From Podarcis cretensis (taxonomy: Eukaryota), in assembly GCA_951804945.1 (NCBI GenBank), contig OX638156.1:38626001-38690000 (forward strand): DNA of 64,000 nt, written 5' to 3'. Position numbers and translations under genes: made by a program. The first letter of the stretch is position 1, and each line of letters opens with the position of its first letter. Positions 11,901-23,269 of this stretch are shown here, piece by piece. Under the pieces are notes generated by a model that was given only the letters and a program-made list of their open reading frames with translations, searched no databases and was not told the origin of the DNA.

Positions 11901-14900
11901 GCAAATGATTACCAAGCGCCAGATTACACAGAACACAGGTAATGGTGGGGGTTTTCTTGGAATTGGGCCTGGGCTCTGCACTTAAGGGCTGTAATCTTTA
12001 TTACCTGAAATGTCTGATATCCCATCTGGACTACTTTAATGTGCTCTAGGTGGAGCTGCCTTTAAAATGTGCTCAGAAATTTCAGTTGGCCCAAAGAGCT
12101 GCAGCCAGACTGTTGACCAGGGCTAGATATAGGGAGCAAATGATTTCTTTTTAAAACATTTCCAATGGCTACTGGTCTGTTTCCAGGAACAATTCAAAGT
12201 GCTGGTTATGACCTTACTTATAAAGCCCTATACAGCTTAGATCCAAGCTATCTGAAAGACCATATTCCCTCATACAAACCTACTTGGCCCTGAGATCTTT
12301 GGGGGAGGCCCTTCACTCAGTCACACCACCCTCACGGCATGTTTGCCGGGCACATAAGATAGGACCTTCTTGGTAACTGCTCCCAGACATTGGAATTCTC
12401 TTCCCAGAGACGTTAGACTGGCTCCTTCCTGGTTGCCCTTCTGCTGGCAGGAGAATACTTTTGTATTCCAACAGGCTTTTAGGAACTGACCTTTTTTAAG
12501 GAAAGGGCTGGTGCTATGATATTTTATAGTTGTTATTTATACAGGTAACTCACATCTTATGCTTATTTTACTTACACGATTGTAGCTTTGTGGGCGGGTG
12601 GTAAATAAATAAATGGAGAGCCAAGGAAACCCACTCTCCATTTATTTATTTCCTCCCCACACTTGTGCATAGTTGTGATCACATGCTTATCCTGCTCTGG
12701 GAAGGCTGTGGGAGGGCTCTGGCAGCGTCCCAAGTTCAGCCTGCCAGACTAGACTGTCTTGTTTGCTTTGTTTGTGTGGCATAAATGTTTTGTCTATTCA
12801 GGTCTGCTGTAGGTATAATCGCCTCCAAGGCAAACTTTTCTTGAGTGTTAAAATAATTTGTCCTCTCCTTGCACAACCCCATGCCTTCACCATTCAGCAT
12901 TGCCTATTTGAAAACTGGTAGGATTTTTTTTTTATTTGTCTTATAAAAACATCTGATTTTAAGTTATTACCTATACTTGAAACGTAAGAGGAGATTCCCT
13001 AGCCCAATACTAAAGTTCATACTGTGCATACAAAAAGTGTCAGGTTCAGTTCATCTCCAGTTAAAAGGATCTCTGAAAGAGCTTGATATAAACCTGAATT
13101 TTTTAAAAATGCAGAGATTTAGCTATGCTATAACTATGTGTGTTTTCAGGTGTGATTGTATGTTCCTCAGCTTTTGCTGAATAAAGAAAAAAGTTTTAAG
13201 AACACCCCTTTCCCCCCTCCCCTGGGTTATTTTCCCATGGCATCGGGTTAACCATATCAGTCACCCACCCTTCGATAATTTCTACAGACATTATGAGAAC
13301 AGCCTGGAAGCAGCACCTGTACTGCTCTATTTATATGCAGTACTGGGCAGAACAAAAAAAAGTTGGAAACCAGCGTGGTTTGGATAATTGTCTTTAAATT
13401 TTCATATTCCTAACCCTGTGTGCATCATCAGTTGATAGCCACCACGGAAGGCTTTCATATCACCTCATCCATGACACTTGGCAATGATTTAGCATTGGCA
13501 TGCCCTCCCTATCACAAGCAGGACCTACAAACCACACCTAAATGTTACGTATGAATCAGAGATAGTAGTTGGTTGTGACCCTAACAAACCACAGTGTAAA
13601 GCTAAAGCTTGTTCTTGGCTTCCTTGTTCTTTTGCATCCTTTGAGCAGAACAAACAACATTGCTGATGTGGATATGATGCTAAGCCAGGGTTTGTTGCTT
13701 GCACTAGGGGATGAGGGAAGCAGGAGGAATCTCCATATTAATGGTCAACCATGACCATGAGAGCTGGGAACCAAGTAATTTGAATTCCACAGCTTGTTCC
13801 TTTTTTCTATGCTCCCACAGGATTGTGGGCATCTGCCGAGCCTTGTGTGTATGTAGCTGGTTTCCTGAGAGCCAAGGCCTTGCAACTTGGCTACATTATG
13901 GGCAACTCAGACAGAAAGAACTCCAGTGCTAGGCTGCTTAGTAAAAGTGGCTCAGTTCTGCAGCTGGCGCCTCATTCCAGCAGCCAGTTTTCATCACTAA
14001 TTTTGCTCCTTTCTTCCTTCATAGATTACCGCCTGAATCCAGTGCTCAGGAAGGCCTGCAAAGCTGACATCCCCAAATTCTGCCAGAGCATTCTGACCAA
14101 GGCCAAGGATGATTCTGAGCTTGAAGGACAGGTCATATCCTGCTTGAAGCTGAAATACGCAGACCAGGTGACTAAGGGGCATGTGTTTCACAAGGACCTA
14201 GGGCCAGAAGGTCCCCAAAGGGACTTGTTCTGCTATGTGACATGTGCCAGTCAACAAGCATGTTTAAAATACAGGCAGGTCTCAGAAGCTTAGGCCCAGT
14301 TATACAGGTTCTCTGGGATTTTGTTCCAGTGATCTGATTTAGTCAACCGAAACTTAAAAGTTACGTTTATTTAACTTAAAATTTAAAAAGTGTGCTGTGT
14401 AAATTTTACATGCTGAATAACTATCTAAAGAATTTTTCCAGCAACCAAGCATTTGAAATGAATGTTGATTAGGAGAGAAAAATGAATAAAACCCACTTAA
14501 TAAAACATTTTAAGATGGGACAGTTGAAAACATACAGTTCCATACATGGTTTAATGTTTGTAAGTAATAGAGTGTTTAACATTAATTTTATCAAGTCCTA
14601 AAAGTTAACCACTTATATTTGGAAAAAGCTGTAACTATATTGAAATTGCACAATTCATTATGTTATTAGCTAATTTTATGGAACAGTGAGTTTTTTGTAA
14701 TCCATCTGGTGTCACTGATCAGCCTAAGTGGTGCGATCATTATGTTAAAAGGAGTGATGTGTAAAGCAGCCCCTGAGAGTTGAGAAGGCTTCTTCTTGGA
14801 CCTGCAGACAGAAAGCAGAGGTGATCATTGAGCTGCTGGTAGCCTTCCTCTGCTTATCTTATCTCTTTATCAACTAAATGGCCCTGCTCTTTTCCCTCAT

Positions 14901-17900
14901 GAATATATCAAGGGATATTAGGAGACAGAATATGAGCATAGGTAAACAATGAAGGAGGACTCATCTCTGCCTTATCTCCCTGGAAGCATTCAGAATTCCC
15001 AGCTGTCAGAGGCTCACTTGCATGGGGCTTCTTCTGGTGTGGTGAATGTAACACATAATTACCCTCTTTGATCAGATTGCTTTGGCTTGCTGTATTCTTG
15101 CATCTTGAATTGAATTGCAGATTTTGTCTAAGTGCTGCCTCATTCTAATGTTTTCCCATATGAAGAATTCTCCCTATAGAAAAAAGCCATATACAAAGCT
15201 GCCTTTTGCTGTCAAAGATTGTCTTTAAGAGATTTTTAGTGCTAAAAAATGCACCAAAAATACATGATTGCTCAAGTTAGTTAAGATTAGTGGTTAATGG
15301 TTAGTAGTTAAGATTTGTGCTGAATGTGCATTAATGATTCTATGGCATGACTGTTCTTGTTCTCACCCTTAAACAGCGTCTCTCTCCCGACTGTGAAGAT
15401 CAGATTCGAGTGATTATCGAGGAATCCGCTCTTGATTACCGGTTAGATCCTCAGTTGCAGATGCATTGCTCAGAAGAGGTAGGAGCTTTCAAATTCAATC
15501 CTCCTTCACACTATATATGTTGGCAAGTTCTCATGAGCTCCTGGTAGTACAGTTTGAACTATGGCGATCTTGATTGAATCCCCCAGTAGTTTAAAATCAC
15601 CTTGTGGTTGTCACCTTTTGTGGCATTTGCAATTTGCAGAGAATGGATTTGCTCCAAGAGCTGCTTGTAGAGCAAAGCGTTACGGGAATCCAGCTTGGCA
15701 TTTTACACAAAAATTGTTCATGTTTCATATGGAATCATCCTGTCCAGAGTTAAAGTGATATGTTAAGTTCCTCCCCTTGGTCCTTTTCATGCTATGAGGA
15801 ATAGTTCCTTGTTTCATCGTAACTGATATTTAAGGACCTCTTTGAGAACAAGCCTCCCATGAATTTGGAAAGGAACAGGAAGCTTAAAAGCAGGAGTAGA
15901 TGGTCCCTAATAGTATTGCCTTGCCGAGCAAAAACTATATGATAGAAGCGGGGTGGAGAGTAGGTGCTGCTTGTCACCTCTGCTCATTTCCAGAAATTGT
16001 TCCAGGCTCTGCCAGGTGGAATTTAGCTTAAGTCAGGGAATAGCTTCCAGCCTTGGCCTTAGGCAACATCCACAATAGAGGACCTCTGGATAATGTTGCT
16101 AATCCTCTGGGCTATGTTACACTGTAAGCCTTTCCTCAGTAATAAAGGGATAACATGTACTGAACCAGAAAGTAAGGTTGCATTTGTTTGCCTTGCTAGA
16201 TTCCATGTTTTGGACCTTTTTTCACATAAATTTGTTCTATCTCCCTCCAAAAGGAGGCTAATTTGTTGGCCTGTGGTACTATAACCTAATGTATTTTATG
16301 TTTTGAAAGATATCTAGCTTGTGCGCCGAGGAAGCAGCAGCCCAGGAGCAGACAGGACAAGTGGAAGAATGCCTGAAAGTGAATCTGCTAAAGATCAAAG
16401 CAGACATGTGCAAGAAGGTAAAGAACTAGGTGTGCTTCTGTGCTAATGGCAAGGGGGAGAATGCTAGATTGTGTACAGCTCAATCTGATGGCATTCTCCT
16501 CACTTCGGAACTTCTTCGGCGCTGCAGCTTTGTTCCCTAGCTTGGATGTTCCAAGGATTCCTAGGGCTAGTTGTGATTTGATTTCCCCTCTGTCACTGCT
16601 CCTCAGTCCACTTCAGTCAGCCAAAGGAAGGCATCTATTCCTTCCCCTTTGCATTTTTCTGTTGCCACACTTCAGCACATCCCTTTCAAATTCTGACCTG
16701 GCAACAGTCATCAATGCCTTCATAACTTTGAGTAGACTACTATAGATGTGCTCCATTTGAAAGCAACTGGAGTCTTCCACACTGCAAAAAAAGCTTACTT
16801 TGTTTGAGAACTGCTCAGGGCTATAAAGCAGGGTTTAAGTATTCTAAGTATAATGAAGCAGCAGGAGGATGAGCAAGTTAAGATGAAATATGCAAATCAT
16901 TATATTGAGGGTGCATTGCAATTTTCTGCCCTTCTAGGAGGTGCTCAACATGTTGAAGGAGAGTAAAGCTGATATCTTTGTGGACCCCGTCCTTCATACG
17001 GCCTGTGCCCTTGACATCAAGCACCACTGTGCTGCCATCCCACCAGGAAGAGGGCGACGTAAGTCTTATAGCTTGCTAAGAAGCCCAGGAAGCATCTCTG
17101 CCACCAGTGGTGCTACTTCCACAGAGTCAATTGTTTTTAGTCTTATGTTCCTGCCCTTGGTATTGAACAAGTCTAGGCACAATTGCACTCTAAACAACTT
17201 GCTTAGGATAGATTTGTACACTTCCTAGAGGTGTGAAGGACTAGTGGATAGAATCCCCCCGCCAGTGGTAAAAAACAATATACTTGGGGGGAAACAGAGG
17301 AACTTCCATACAACTTTCATCATCATTGTTTAGATTAATGAGTAAAATCTTTTCTAAGCAATACGTATTTTCTAAAAATATATATAAAATATGTTAAACA
17401 CTGGGGTCACCAATGTGGTGCCCACAGGCACCCCTGATGATTTTGCCTGGTGCCCATGAAATCTCTGAGCCCCCCATTGCTCCCCCTCCCAATGAAGTGG
17501 TGTGATGGTCGTTACCTGTTTTGTCACCTTGAGAAACACATAATAGCAAGAGGGTGGGAAGATCAAGATCATGATGATCTGAGAAAAACTGTGCCTTCAA
17601 TCATTTGTAACACTCTTCCCACTGTTCTGCAGAGATGTCTTGTCTGATGGAGGCCCTGGAGGACAAGCGTGTGAGGTTGCAGCCTGAGTGTAAGAAGCGC
17701 CTTAATGACCGGATTGAAATGTGGAGCTATGCTGCCAAGGTGAGCAAAGCTGCTCGCTTTATTCCTCCAGGAAGACCTCTTCTGGGTGCCTAGGGATTGT
17801 TGGAGTTATGAGGGAATTGGAACAGATGGAAGGTTCCAGCATGATGCATGTGCTGATGCTGAAGGCCGTGAACACATGATGGAATGCCGCTACTGTAATG

Positions 17901-18140
17901 ACAATCCTTGACACAATATGCTAGATTGGTCTTGGAAGCGAGTCTGAGTTACCGACATGGACAGCCTTAATATGCATGTCGAGCATGGCTCCTCATCACT
18001 TCTGTGCAATTCTAAATTCCATCTGTTGAAAGCTATCCTTGCCAGGGCAAGTGCAGCACAAAATGTAACAGTTGCTGTTACAGAGCAGGGCCCCATCACT
18101 TGATATCTGAGCTCCTGGACTCTGAAATGGGGGGGGGGGG

Positions 18141-18191
<51 letters not shown>

Positions 18192-19263
18192 TTGGAAGGC
18201 AATACTATACTGCTGTTGGACAAGCATGTAGCACCCTAGTGGGGAATCCCCACTCCTCTCCAGACACCTTGCTGCACATACCCTGGCTTGTGTTTGCACA
18301 CTCTGCTGAGGAGAGATTGGTTACAGAAAGAACATCCTGAATCTCAAGGGGAAAGCTTGCAGTTGAAAGGATATAAGGAGCGTAGGACTCCTCTTGTTAC
18401 TTCACAGCTGTTGATCTTTTTTGTTCAATACCATGTGAGGGAGGGATAGGATCAGATACTTTAAAAAATCATTTATTAATGGAATTTATAAAGTTAACCT
18501 ATTACACAAAATCTTTGATTGATGCCCAAAACAAGCACAATTAAAGTACAATATAAAGTGATAAACTAAAACTTAAACTAAAAACACAAAACACAGTTTT
18601 TACAGCCAAGAAGACTAGTCCATAAAACAAGTTATTTCAAAGGCCCCTAGGTGAATAGAAAGGTCTTCACCTGGTTCTGAAAAGATCACAAAGCTGGTGC
18701 CAGGTGATTTTCTTTAGGAGGTGTGTTTCTTCACCCAGGTGCCACTACTGAAAATGCCATCTCCCTGCCCTACTTTGTTTGTTTATTTTTATTTGAAAGA
18801 ATTTACAAGCTGTTTAATATATATTTTAAATTTCTTAAGCCTGTGAAGAAAAAAAGAAGGTTCAGGTAAGCACCTATGAGAGAAGGAGCTGGCAGAACAC
18901 CAGCATAACATGGACAAACGGCCTAGCCCAGTTTATGATCCTGCAACCCTATTCTGGTTTATACAGGGTTGTAACAAATCGGGTGGTTTTAGAGAAGATT
19001 TTTTTGAAGCACTGACCCCTAAATTTCATCTGTACATTGTAGATATCTGTTACGATTGGTTTGGGAGCTGACTCTTCTTCCTCCTTGCCTGTCAGGTTGC
19101 CCCAGCGGAAGGCTTTTCTGATCTTGCCATGCAAGTGATGACCTCTCCATCCAAGAACTACATCCTCTCAGTGATCAGTGTGGGCATCTGCATCCTGTTC
19201 CTGATTGGCCTGATGTGTGGGCGTATCACGAAGCGAGTGACACGAGAGCTGAAGGACAGGTAG
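26..19263 (+). CDS. GLG1: Golgi apparatus protein 1 (GLG1/MG-160/ESL-1/CFR), 3' part, 17 coding exons; 5' exons outside window
   Basis: join(26..127,1655..1808,3420..3557,6052..6138,6793..6855,7711..7824,8289..8377,8521..8638,9790..9882,10598..10735,11815..11938,14025..14167,15377..15478,16310..16417,16938..17058,17633..17739,19096..19263). All junctions GT-AG and phase-consistent (1969 nt = 1 nt + 656 codons incl. stop). Encodes Cys-rich GLG1 repeats, a TM helix (YILSVISVGICILFLIGLMCG) and the tail RITKRVTRELKDR*. Confidence 0.97.
1135..1510. mobile_element. Old Tigger/pogo-like MITE
   Basis: Terminal inverted repeats CAGGTGACTCGCAACTTG ... CAAGTTGCGAGTGACCTG (one mismatch); the expected TA TSD is degraded. 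Confidence 0.6.
1655..1808 (+). CDS. GLG1: GLG1 exon (LDLVLYRKCQGDASRLCH...EEQGRR)
   Basis: acag|A ... AGG|gtaggc. Confidence 0.95.
3420..3557 (+). CDS. GLG1: GLG1 exon (LSRECRAEVQRILHQ...KTETGQ)
   Basis: gcag|CTA ... CAG|gtatct. Confidence 0.95.
3926..5935 (-). mobile_element. 5'-truncated, 5'-inverted non-LTR retrotransposon (LINE; clade uncertain, RTE-X-like)
   Basis: 12-bp TSD TTGGGGTGAAAC at 3914-3925 and 5936-5947. The 3' end on the minus strand reads ...GGTCTGTGACCGTTTAATAAACTTTGATTTGAAT. C-terminal ORF2 segment on the minus strand, RT segment on the plus strand. Confidence 0.9.
4070..4660 (-). mobile_element. LINE ORF2 C-terminal segment with Cys/His zinc-knuckle-like motif
   Basis: Uninterrupted frame ...RVCPCGSSEVETSLHVLLHCSYYEDLR... 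ending in a stop at 4070, followed by 3'UTR and AATAAA. Confidence 0.8.
4663..5943 (+). mobile_element. LINE ORF2 reverse-transcriptase segment (inverted relative to the 3' part)
   Basis: Intact motifs KAPGAD, NYRPISLL, QAGFR, FVDFKSAFD, GVKQGCVLAPTLF, LYADD, FKYLG with no stops or frameshifts; no endonuclease domain present. Confidence 0.92.
6052..6138 (+). CDS. GLG1: GLG1 exon (ELECLQDHLDDLAAECRDIVGNLTELESE)
   Basis: ttag|GAA ... GAA|gtaagt. Confidence 0.95.
6327..6378. repeat. (CTTT)13 microsatellite
   Basis: Perfect tetranucleotide run. Confidence 0.95.
6793..6855 (+). CDS. GLG1: GLG1 exon (DIQIEALMMRACEPIIQTFCH)
   Basis: gtag|GAT ... CAT|gtaagt. Confidence 0.95.
7711..7824 (+). CDS. 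GLG1: GLG1 exon (EVADNQIDSGDLMECL...THFQL)
   Basis: tcag|GAA ... CTG|gtgagt. Confidence 0.95.
8289..8377 (+). CDS. GLG1: GLG1 exon (VQMKDFRFSYKFKMACKEDVLKLCPNIKK)
   Basis: ttag|GTT ... AAAAA|gtatgt. Confidence 0.95.
8521..8638 (+). CDS. GLG1: GLG1 exon (VDVVICLSTIVRNDTL...EELEM)
   Basis: tcag|G ... ATG|gtaaaa. Confidence 0.95.
8935..8999. repeat. (CT)n + (GT)n compound microsatellite
   Basis: Direct reading. Confidence 0.9.
9135..9270. mobile_element. Palindromic hAT-type MITE
   Basis: 15-bp TIR CAGCTTTTCTCAACC/GGTTGAGAAAAGCTG; 8-bp TSD TTCTAGGG/TTCAAGGG; ACTACAA...TGATGGGAGTTGTAGT core. Confidence 0.8.
9790..9882 (+). CDS. GLG1: GLG1 exon (TEDIRLEPDLHEACK...YGNAQ)
   Basis: gcag|ACT ... 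CAG|gtgatc. Confidence 0.95.
10598..10735 (+). CDS. GLG1: GLG1 exon (IIECLKENKKQLSTRCH...CKQMIK)
   Basis: gcag|ATT ... AAG|gtaagg. Confidence 0.95.
11815..11938 (+). CDS. GLG1: GLG1 exon (RFCPEADAKNMLQCL...ITQNT)
   Basis: tcag|AGA ... ACAG|gtaatg. Confidence 0.95.
12015..12540 (+). mobile_element. Degraded L2 LINE 3' fragment
   Basis: Decayed ORF2 end resembling SRLDYCNAL..GLPL...KLQL.QNAAARLL; boundaries approximate. Confidence 0.65.
14025..14167 (+). CDS. GLG1: GLG1 exon (DYRLNPVLRKACK...KYADQ)
   Basis: atag|AT ... CAG|gtgact. Confidence 0.95.
15377..15478 (+). CDS. GLG1: GLG1 exon (RLSPDCEDQIRV...MHCSEE)
   Basis: acag|CGT ... GAG|gtagga. Confidence 0.95.
16310..16417 (+). CDS. GLG1: GLG1 exon (ISSLCAEEAAAQEQTGQ...DMCKK)
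   Basis: gaaag|ATA ... AAG|gtaaag. Confidence 0.93.
16938..17058 (+). CDS. GLG1: GLG1 exon (EVLNMLKESKADIFVDP...PGRGR)
   Basis: ctag|GAG ... CGAC|gtaagt. Confidence 0.95.
17633..17739 (+). CDS. GLG1: GLG1 exon (QMSCLMEALEDKRV...WSYAAK)
   Basis: gcag|AG ... AAG|gtgagc. Confidence 0.95.
18129..18188. repeat. G15 + (AG)n microsatellite
   Basis: Direct reading. Confidence 0.9.
19096..19263 (+). CDS. GLG1: GLG1 last coding exon (TM helix + cytoplasmic tail, stop TAG 19261-19263)
   Basis: tcag|GTT GCC CCA GCG GAA ... GAC AGG TAG. Confidence 0.96.
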   Translation, partial: VAPAEGFSDLAMQVMTSPSKNYILSVISVGICILFLIGLMCGRITKRVTRELKDR

Positions 19264-22200
19264 AGCCTGCCTTGGTAGTCAAAGGGAAGAAGGAAGGAAA
19301 GAAGGCCTGCCTGCCTGCCCGTTGCCCAGTTTGTACAGCCCTCCTCTGTATAGTCTCCCCTCCCACCTCTCCGGAGAGTACAAACAGATTAGAACAGCAG
19401 CCCGTGCCAGCTGAGTGTCCCATCTCGTCCATGGCTTCTCCACCCTCGGAACGAGTTGGCACGTGCAGCCTTGGCGGTCCAGCCAGCAGCTTCGTTACCC
19501 TGTCGTTAGCGACTGTTGTTTGCCTGCCTGTAGACAAGTTTTTTCTCTTTCTCTTTCTCTCTTTCTCATACTGTCGGAACTGCCTTCACTCCCCAGACAG
19601 ACTGACAACCTGCAGCTCAAGAGGTTTTTAAAGCAAATTTTTAAAGATCTGTTCCAGACATAGTGTTGGACAGTAGGTCTTGGTGTGGAAGTGTTTGTGC
19701 TCCTTGGCTTAGGCAGGAGGACCGAGGGGAAGGGACATCACCCACCATTCACAGCTGGCCTTGCTTTGGACATCTGGCTCACCCTGGAACAAGCATCTCC
19801 AGCACATAATCAGTCAGCAAGAGTTGCCTCCAGAGACCCGTCATCATCTCTACTGTTTTTGTGCTTTTGTTACTGTATTCTGTTGTACTTCTTTTTTTCT
19901 TTTTGTGGCTTGTTCCTCCGTTTTTGCCAACAGGCAATGCCTTCCATACTTCTCCACCCCCACTCCAATCTTTGGGGTTAATAAAATATTGACCAGATTA
20001 AAGAAACTTCAGTGGTCTTACAGGTACCCCCTGCAAAACCATACTGTATCTCAAGGGAAGCCGTAGGACAAGCTATGGTGGAGCTGTGGTCTTGGGTAGT
20101 AAGGCGGTGGGTTTTGGAAGAAAACGAGGATTTGGGTCCTCCCCAAAGGGGCTGGACCCATAGGGTTCTTATTTACAAGTTACTGAAGTTTCCTCCCTGA
20201 ACTGTCAGGGAGGGTGTAAGACTTCTTTTGCTGTCAAGAATCCATCTCAAGAGATCATCAGCCATTTGGGAAGTAGGGAAGCTGGCAGGGCTCCCTACAC
20301 TAAGCAAGGATGGGGGAGGGGAGGGGGGGATAGCTTTCTGAGAGTTGGATGGGAGAGGTATCTTTGCTGAAGTGATGCTTTTAGTAACAGTACCACAGTA
20401 CCTGTTTGCAATGAGCAGGAGTGTGCTCCTTGTCTGTTGATTGGAGAGCACAGGGAGGAACTCGAAGAAGAGGAAATACGCATGTGCAGGCTCCTTGTGT
20501 ATAGTAGGATATCTATCAGCCTGTTAGACATGGTTGCCTGTATGCTTTAGAGGGCTAAATCATGAGTCTGCCCGACACAAGGCTTGAATGCAACATCTTC
20601 TTCCCCTCCCTGCCCCTTTTCCTGCTTTGCTGCAACTGCTCAGTCAGATGTCAACTTCTCAGCATTCTGCATTAACGTCACAAAAGCGAGGGGCTTTTGG
20701 CAATGGGACCAGCTGATCTTAATGATGTGGACACTCAGCCATACCACTACTGTGAATATTTTCTGCTGCTCTTGAAGTGTTGGTAAAAGGCACAAAAGTT
20801 TTTAGCTTTAGGAAACCTTTATTTTTCATCCTACTGGAAAGCAAGTCGTGCAGAGTGTGGCTTTGTATTCCCGAGGATGGCAAACTGGAAAAGCTTGTGC
20901 AAGAATCTCACCCCACCCCACCCCTGAGGCCCACTGACTGTTTCAGGCCTCCAAAATTAAGGAGAGATGATTAGGGAAATCAGAGATCAGTGGGCGAGCC
21001 TGTGTGTACTGAAGGGTTTTTTTGGACTGTGGCCACTAGATTGGATTTCCTTCCCCTGCTTCTGATATTACTGAATCTATGAATGGTGACATTGGAAAGG
21101 GGTGTGTGCCATAGTTCCCCAACTAGTGTGTGCTCAGTGCATTCCAAAGCCTCTATTCCCTCCCCCCTCCCTTTCACCCACACCTGGATGCCCTTCAGTA
21201 TTGTGTTGTTCTGTGTTTTAACTCTGAGGCAAGGCATAGACTTCTTTATCCTAAGGAATCCACCTTGACTCTGAAATGGGTTGGCAATGGTGGAGGATGC
21301 TCTCAGGGCAACTCAAGTCACTTGCAAGAGAGGCAGCCAGCAGATTAATTGCAGGGCGCTTAGAGCTGCTATTCATACTGTAGGAGGCAAGGAATAACCT
21401 TGGTCATATCATCTTCCGAATCCTACACAATGTTGGGAAGAAACTGGTACTTGCATATGGTGACCCTGCAGCAAATGCTGTGAAAGGAGAGGATGCCCCC
21501 ACCATCCTGGCTAGCACATGCATTCAGATAAGATGCACAACGTATTATTCTTACATTGCTTCCCTTCAGCCAACTACAATTGCCTTCCCTCGATCCTAGT
21601 GGGAGTGCCCCATTGGTTAATGAAAGAAAAATGCTCTTCCCATAATCAGCAGCAGTGGTTTTTGCAGGCATATAGTGATGCTACCGAAGAGGAGGAGCTT
21701 GTGCGAGAAGCACGTAAGGGGGCTAGTTGCCTGGGAAGAGACAGAATGCCGAAGCCATTACAGCCAGCCAGTCACTCACTCCACTCTCTCAGTGACCTTG
21801 AATGAGCCATTGTTTTAAAGAGACGAGAAGCTGCCTCTTGAGTTCCAAGCTCTGCAGGTCTATGTCTCAGCATCACCTAAGCCTCCATGCAGTCTCCTCA
21901 GACCCTGTCAGTTTCAGTCTGACAGCTAAGTATTCCTGCTTTGAGGCTTATTTGAGGGACAACTGTTTACAAAAATGATCCTTCATCTAAAGTGGCATTG
22001 TATTGCAAGTGTTGTGCTTGTCATTTCCTTCTCAGAATACGTGCAACTGCTTGAGGAAGATGGAAGGGGCTGTGCTGCAGTTTGAATGTTTGAAAAGTAC
22101 TTAGGAATTGGGAGCTTGTTTTTCTGCTTCTTCCCTATAAGGTTCCCTGTTTGAACTTGTAGTACTTGCTGTCTTCACCACTGTGGCCTCGACTGTCTTG

Positions 22201-23161
22201 TAACACGAGCTCCTCCAGCTTCTGGACCCTGTGCTGCTGCTGCTTCTCCTTCCTTGTGTCTCATCTAAAGCTGTGCTGATGCTGTTCTCTTGGCTCTCAT
22301 CTCAAGGAAGGTCCCCTGTTTTGATGCATTGGAGATGGAAGTACGCGGGTTGGGCACTGCTCTATGCATAACAGGATTAGAGTACCTGCAGAAAAGCCCT
22401 GGTAGAGCCTAAGGAGCAGGGATTTCTAGGCTTTTAGTGGTGGCTCTTAGATGTAGCCTAGGGTATTCTCTTGTCCCAAAGTAAGCTAAGGAACTTGTTG
22501 AATTGGAAAACTGAAGGATCACACATCCTTTTCCGCTTCATAGTTTGTCCTGGCCCCCGGCTTGTGCTGACACCTGTTCTCATATTGCTAGTCCTTCTGG
22601 ACAGCTGTGACCAGCATGATAATTGGTTCCATTTCTGTGTAGATTCTGAGCATCAGGTGCGCCGCTTCTCCATCCGACACTTGCAGACTCCTCCATCCAG
22701 AGGCTCCCTAGCTGGCGCAGAGAATTAAATGACTTATCTCAAGGTTCTTGGAAATGCATCAGAGGCAGGCTGCAATTTCCCTTCAGGTATGCTTTGGAAC
22801 TCAATATAAGTGGTGTTTGATTGAAGAATAGGTGTTTGAGAGAAGCAAAACGCAGGTGCACAGAACAACTCAGGGTGGCATAAAAGGGTTCGTATTCAGT
22901 GCCCCTCCTGCAGCTTGCAAAACCAGCCCTTTGGAGAGACAGTAAATTGGTAGATGATACAGCTAATGTTGGCTGACCCTTAGTCCTTTTAAAAAATGTA
23001 ACATTAACAAAGGTTTTTTTTGTAAATTGTTTTTCCTTTCTATGTACAAAATCTTGGCTGTTCTTTCTTTTTACATGTTCATGCTGTGTAATTTTGAATT
23101 GTTAACGGAGATTCTGAACATAATGTGCATTTTTTTCTGTACAGATGAAATGGGAGAATTT

Positions 23162-23167
23162 AATAAA
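23162..23167 (+). terminator. GLG1: Probable main GLG1 polyadenylation signal (AATAAA); 3'UTR ~19264-23185
   Basis: AATAAA preceded by a U-rich block with TGTA motifs and followed by a U/GU-rich tract; repeats resume just downstream (CR1 at ~23270). Another AATAAA lies at 19980-19985. Confidence 0.7.
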
Positions 23168-23269
23168 AAAGAGTCTGCAGGTTTTTACTTGTTTTGCTTG
23201 TGTCTCCATCAACTGTGAATAAAAAGGGAATCTCCCTCCCCAAGTCATGCCAGACAAACTATCTCCTTT

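Noticed and set aside
19261-19270. Stop-codon readthrough of GLG1
   Set aside because: TAG-AGCC lacks the TGA-CTAG readthrough context; alternative splicing explains a possible extension better.
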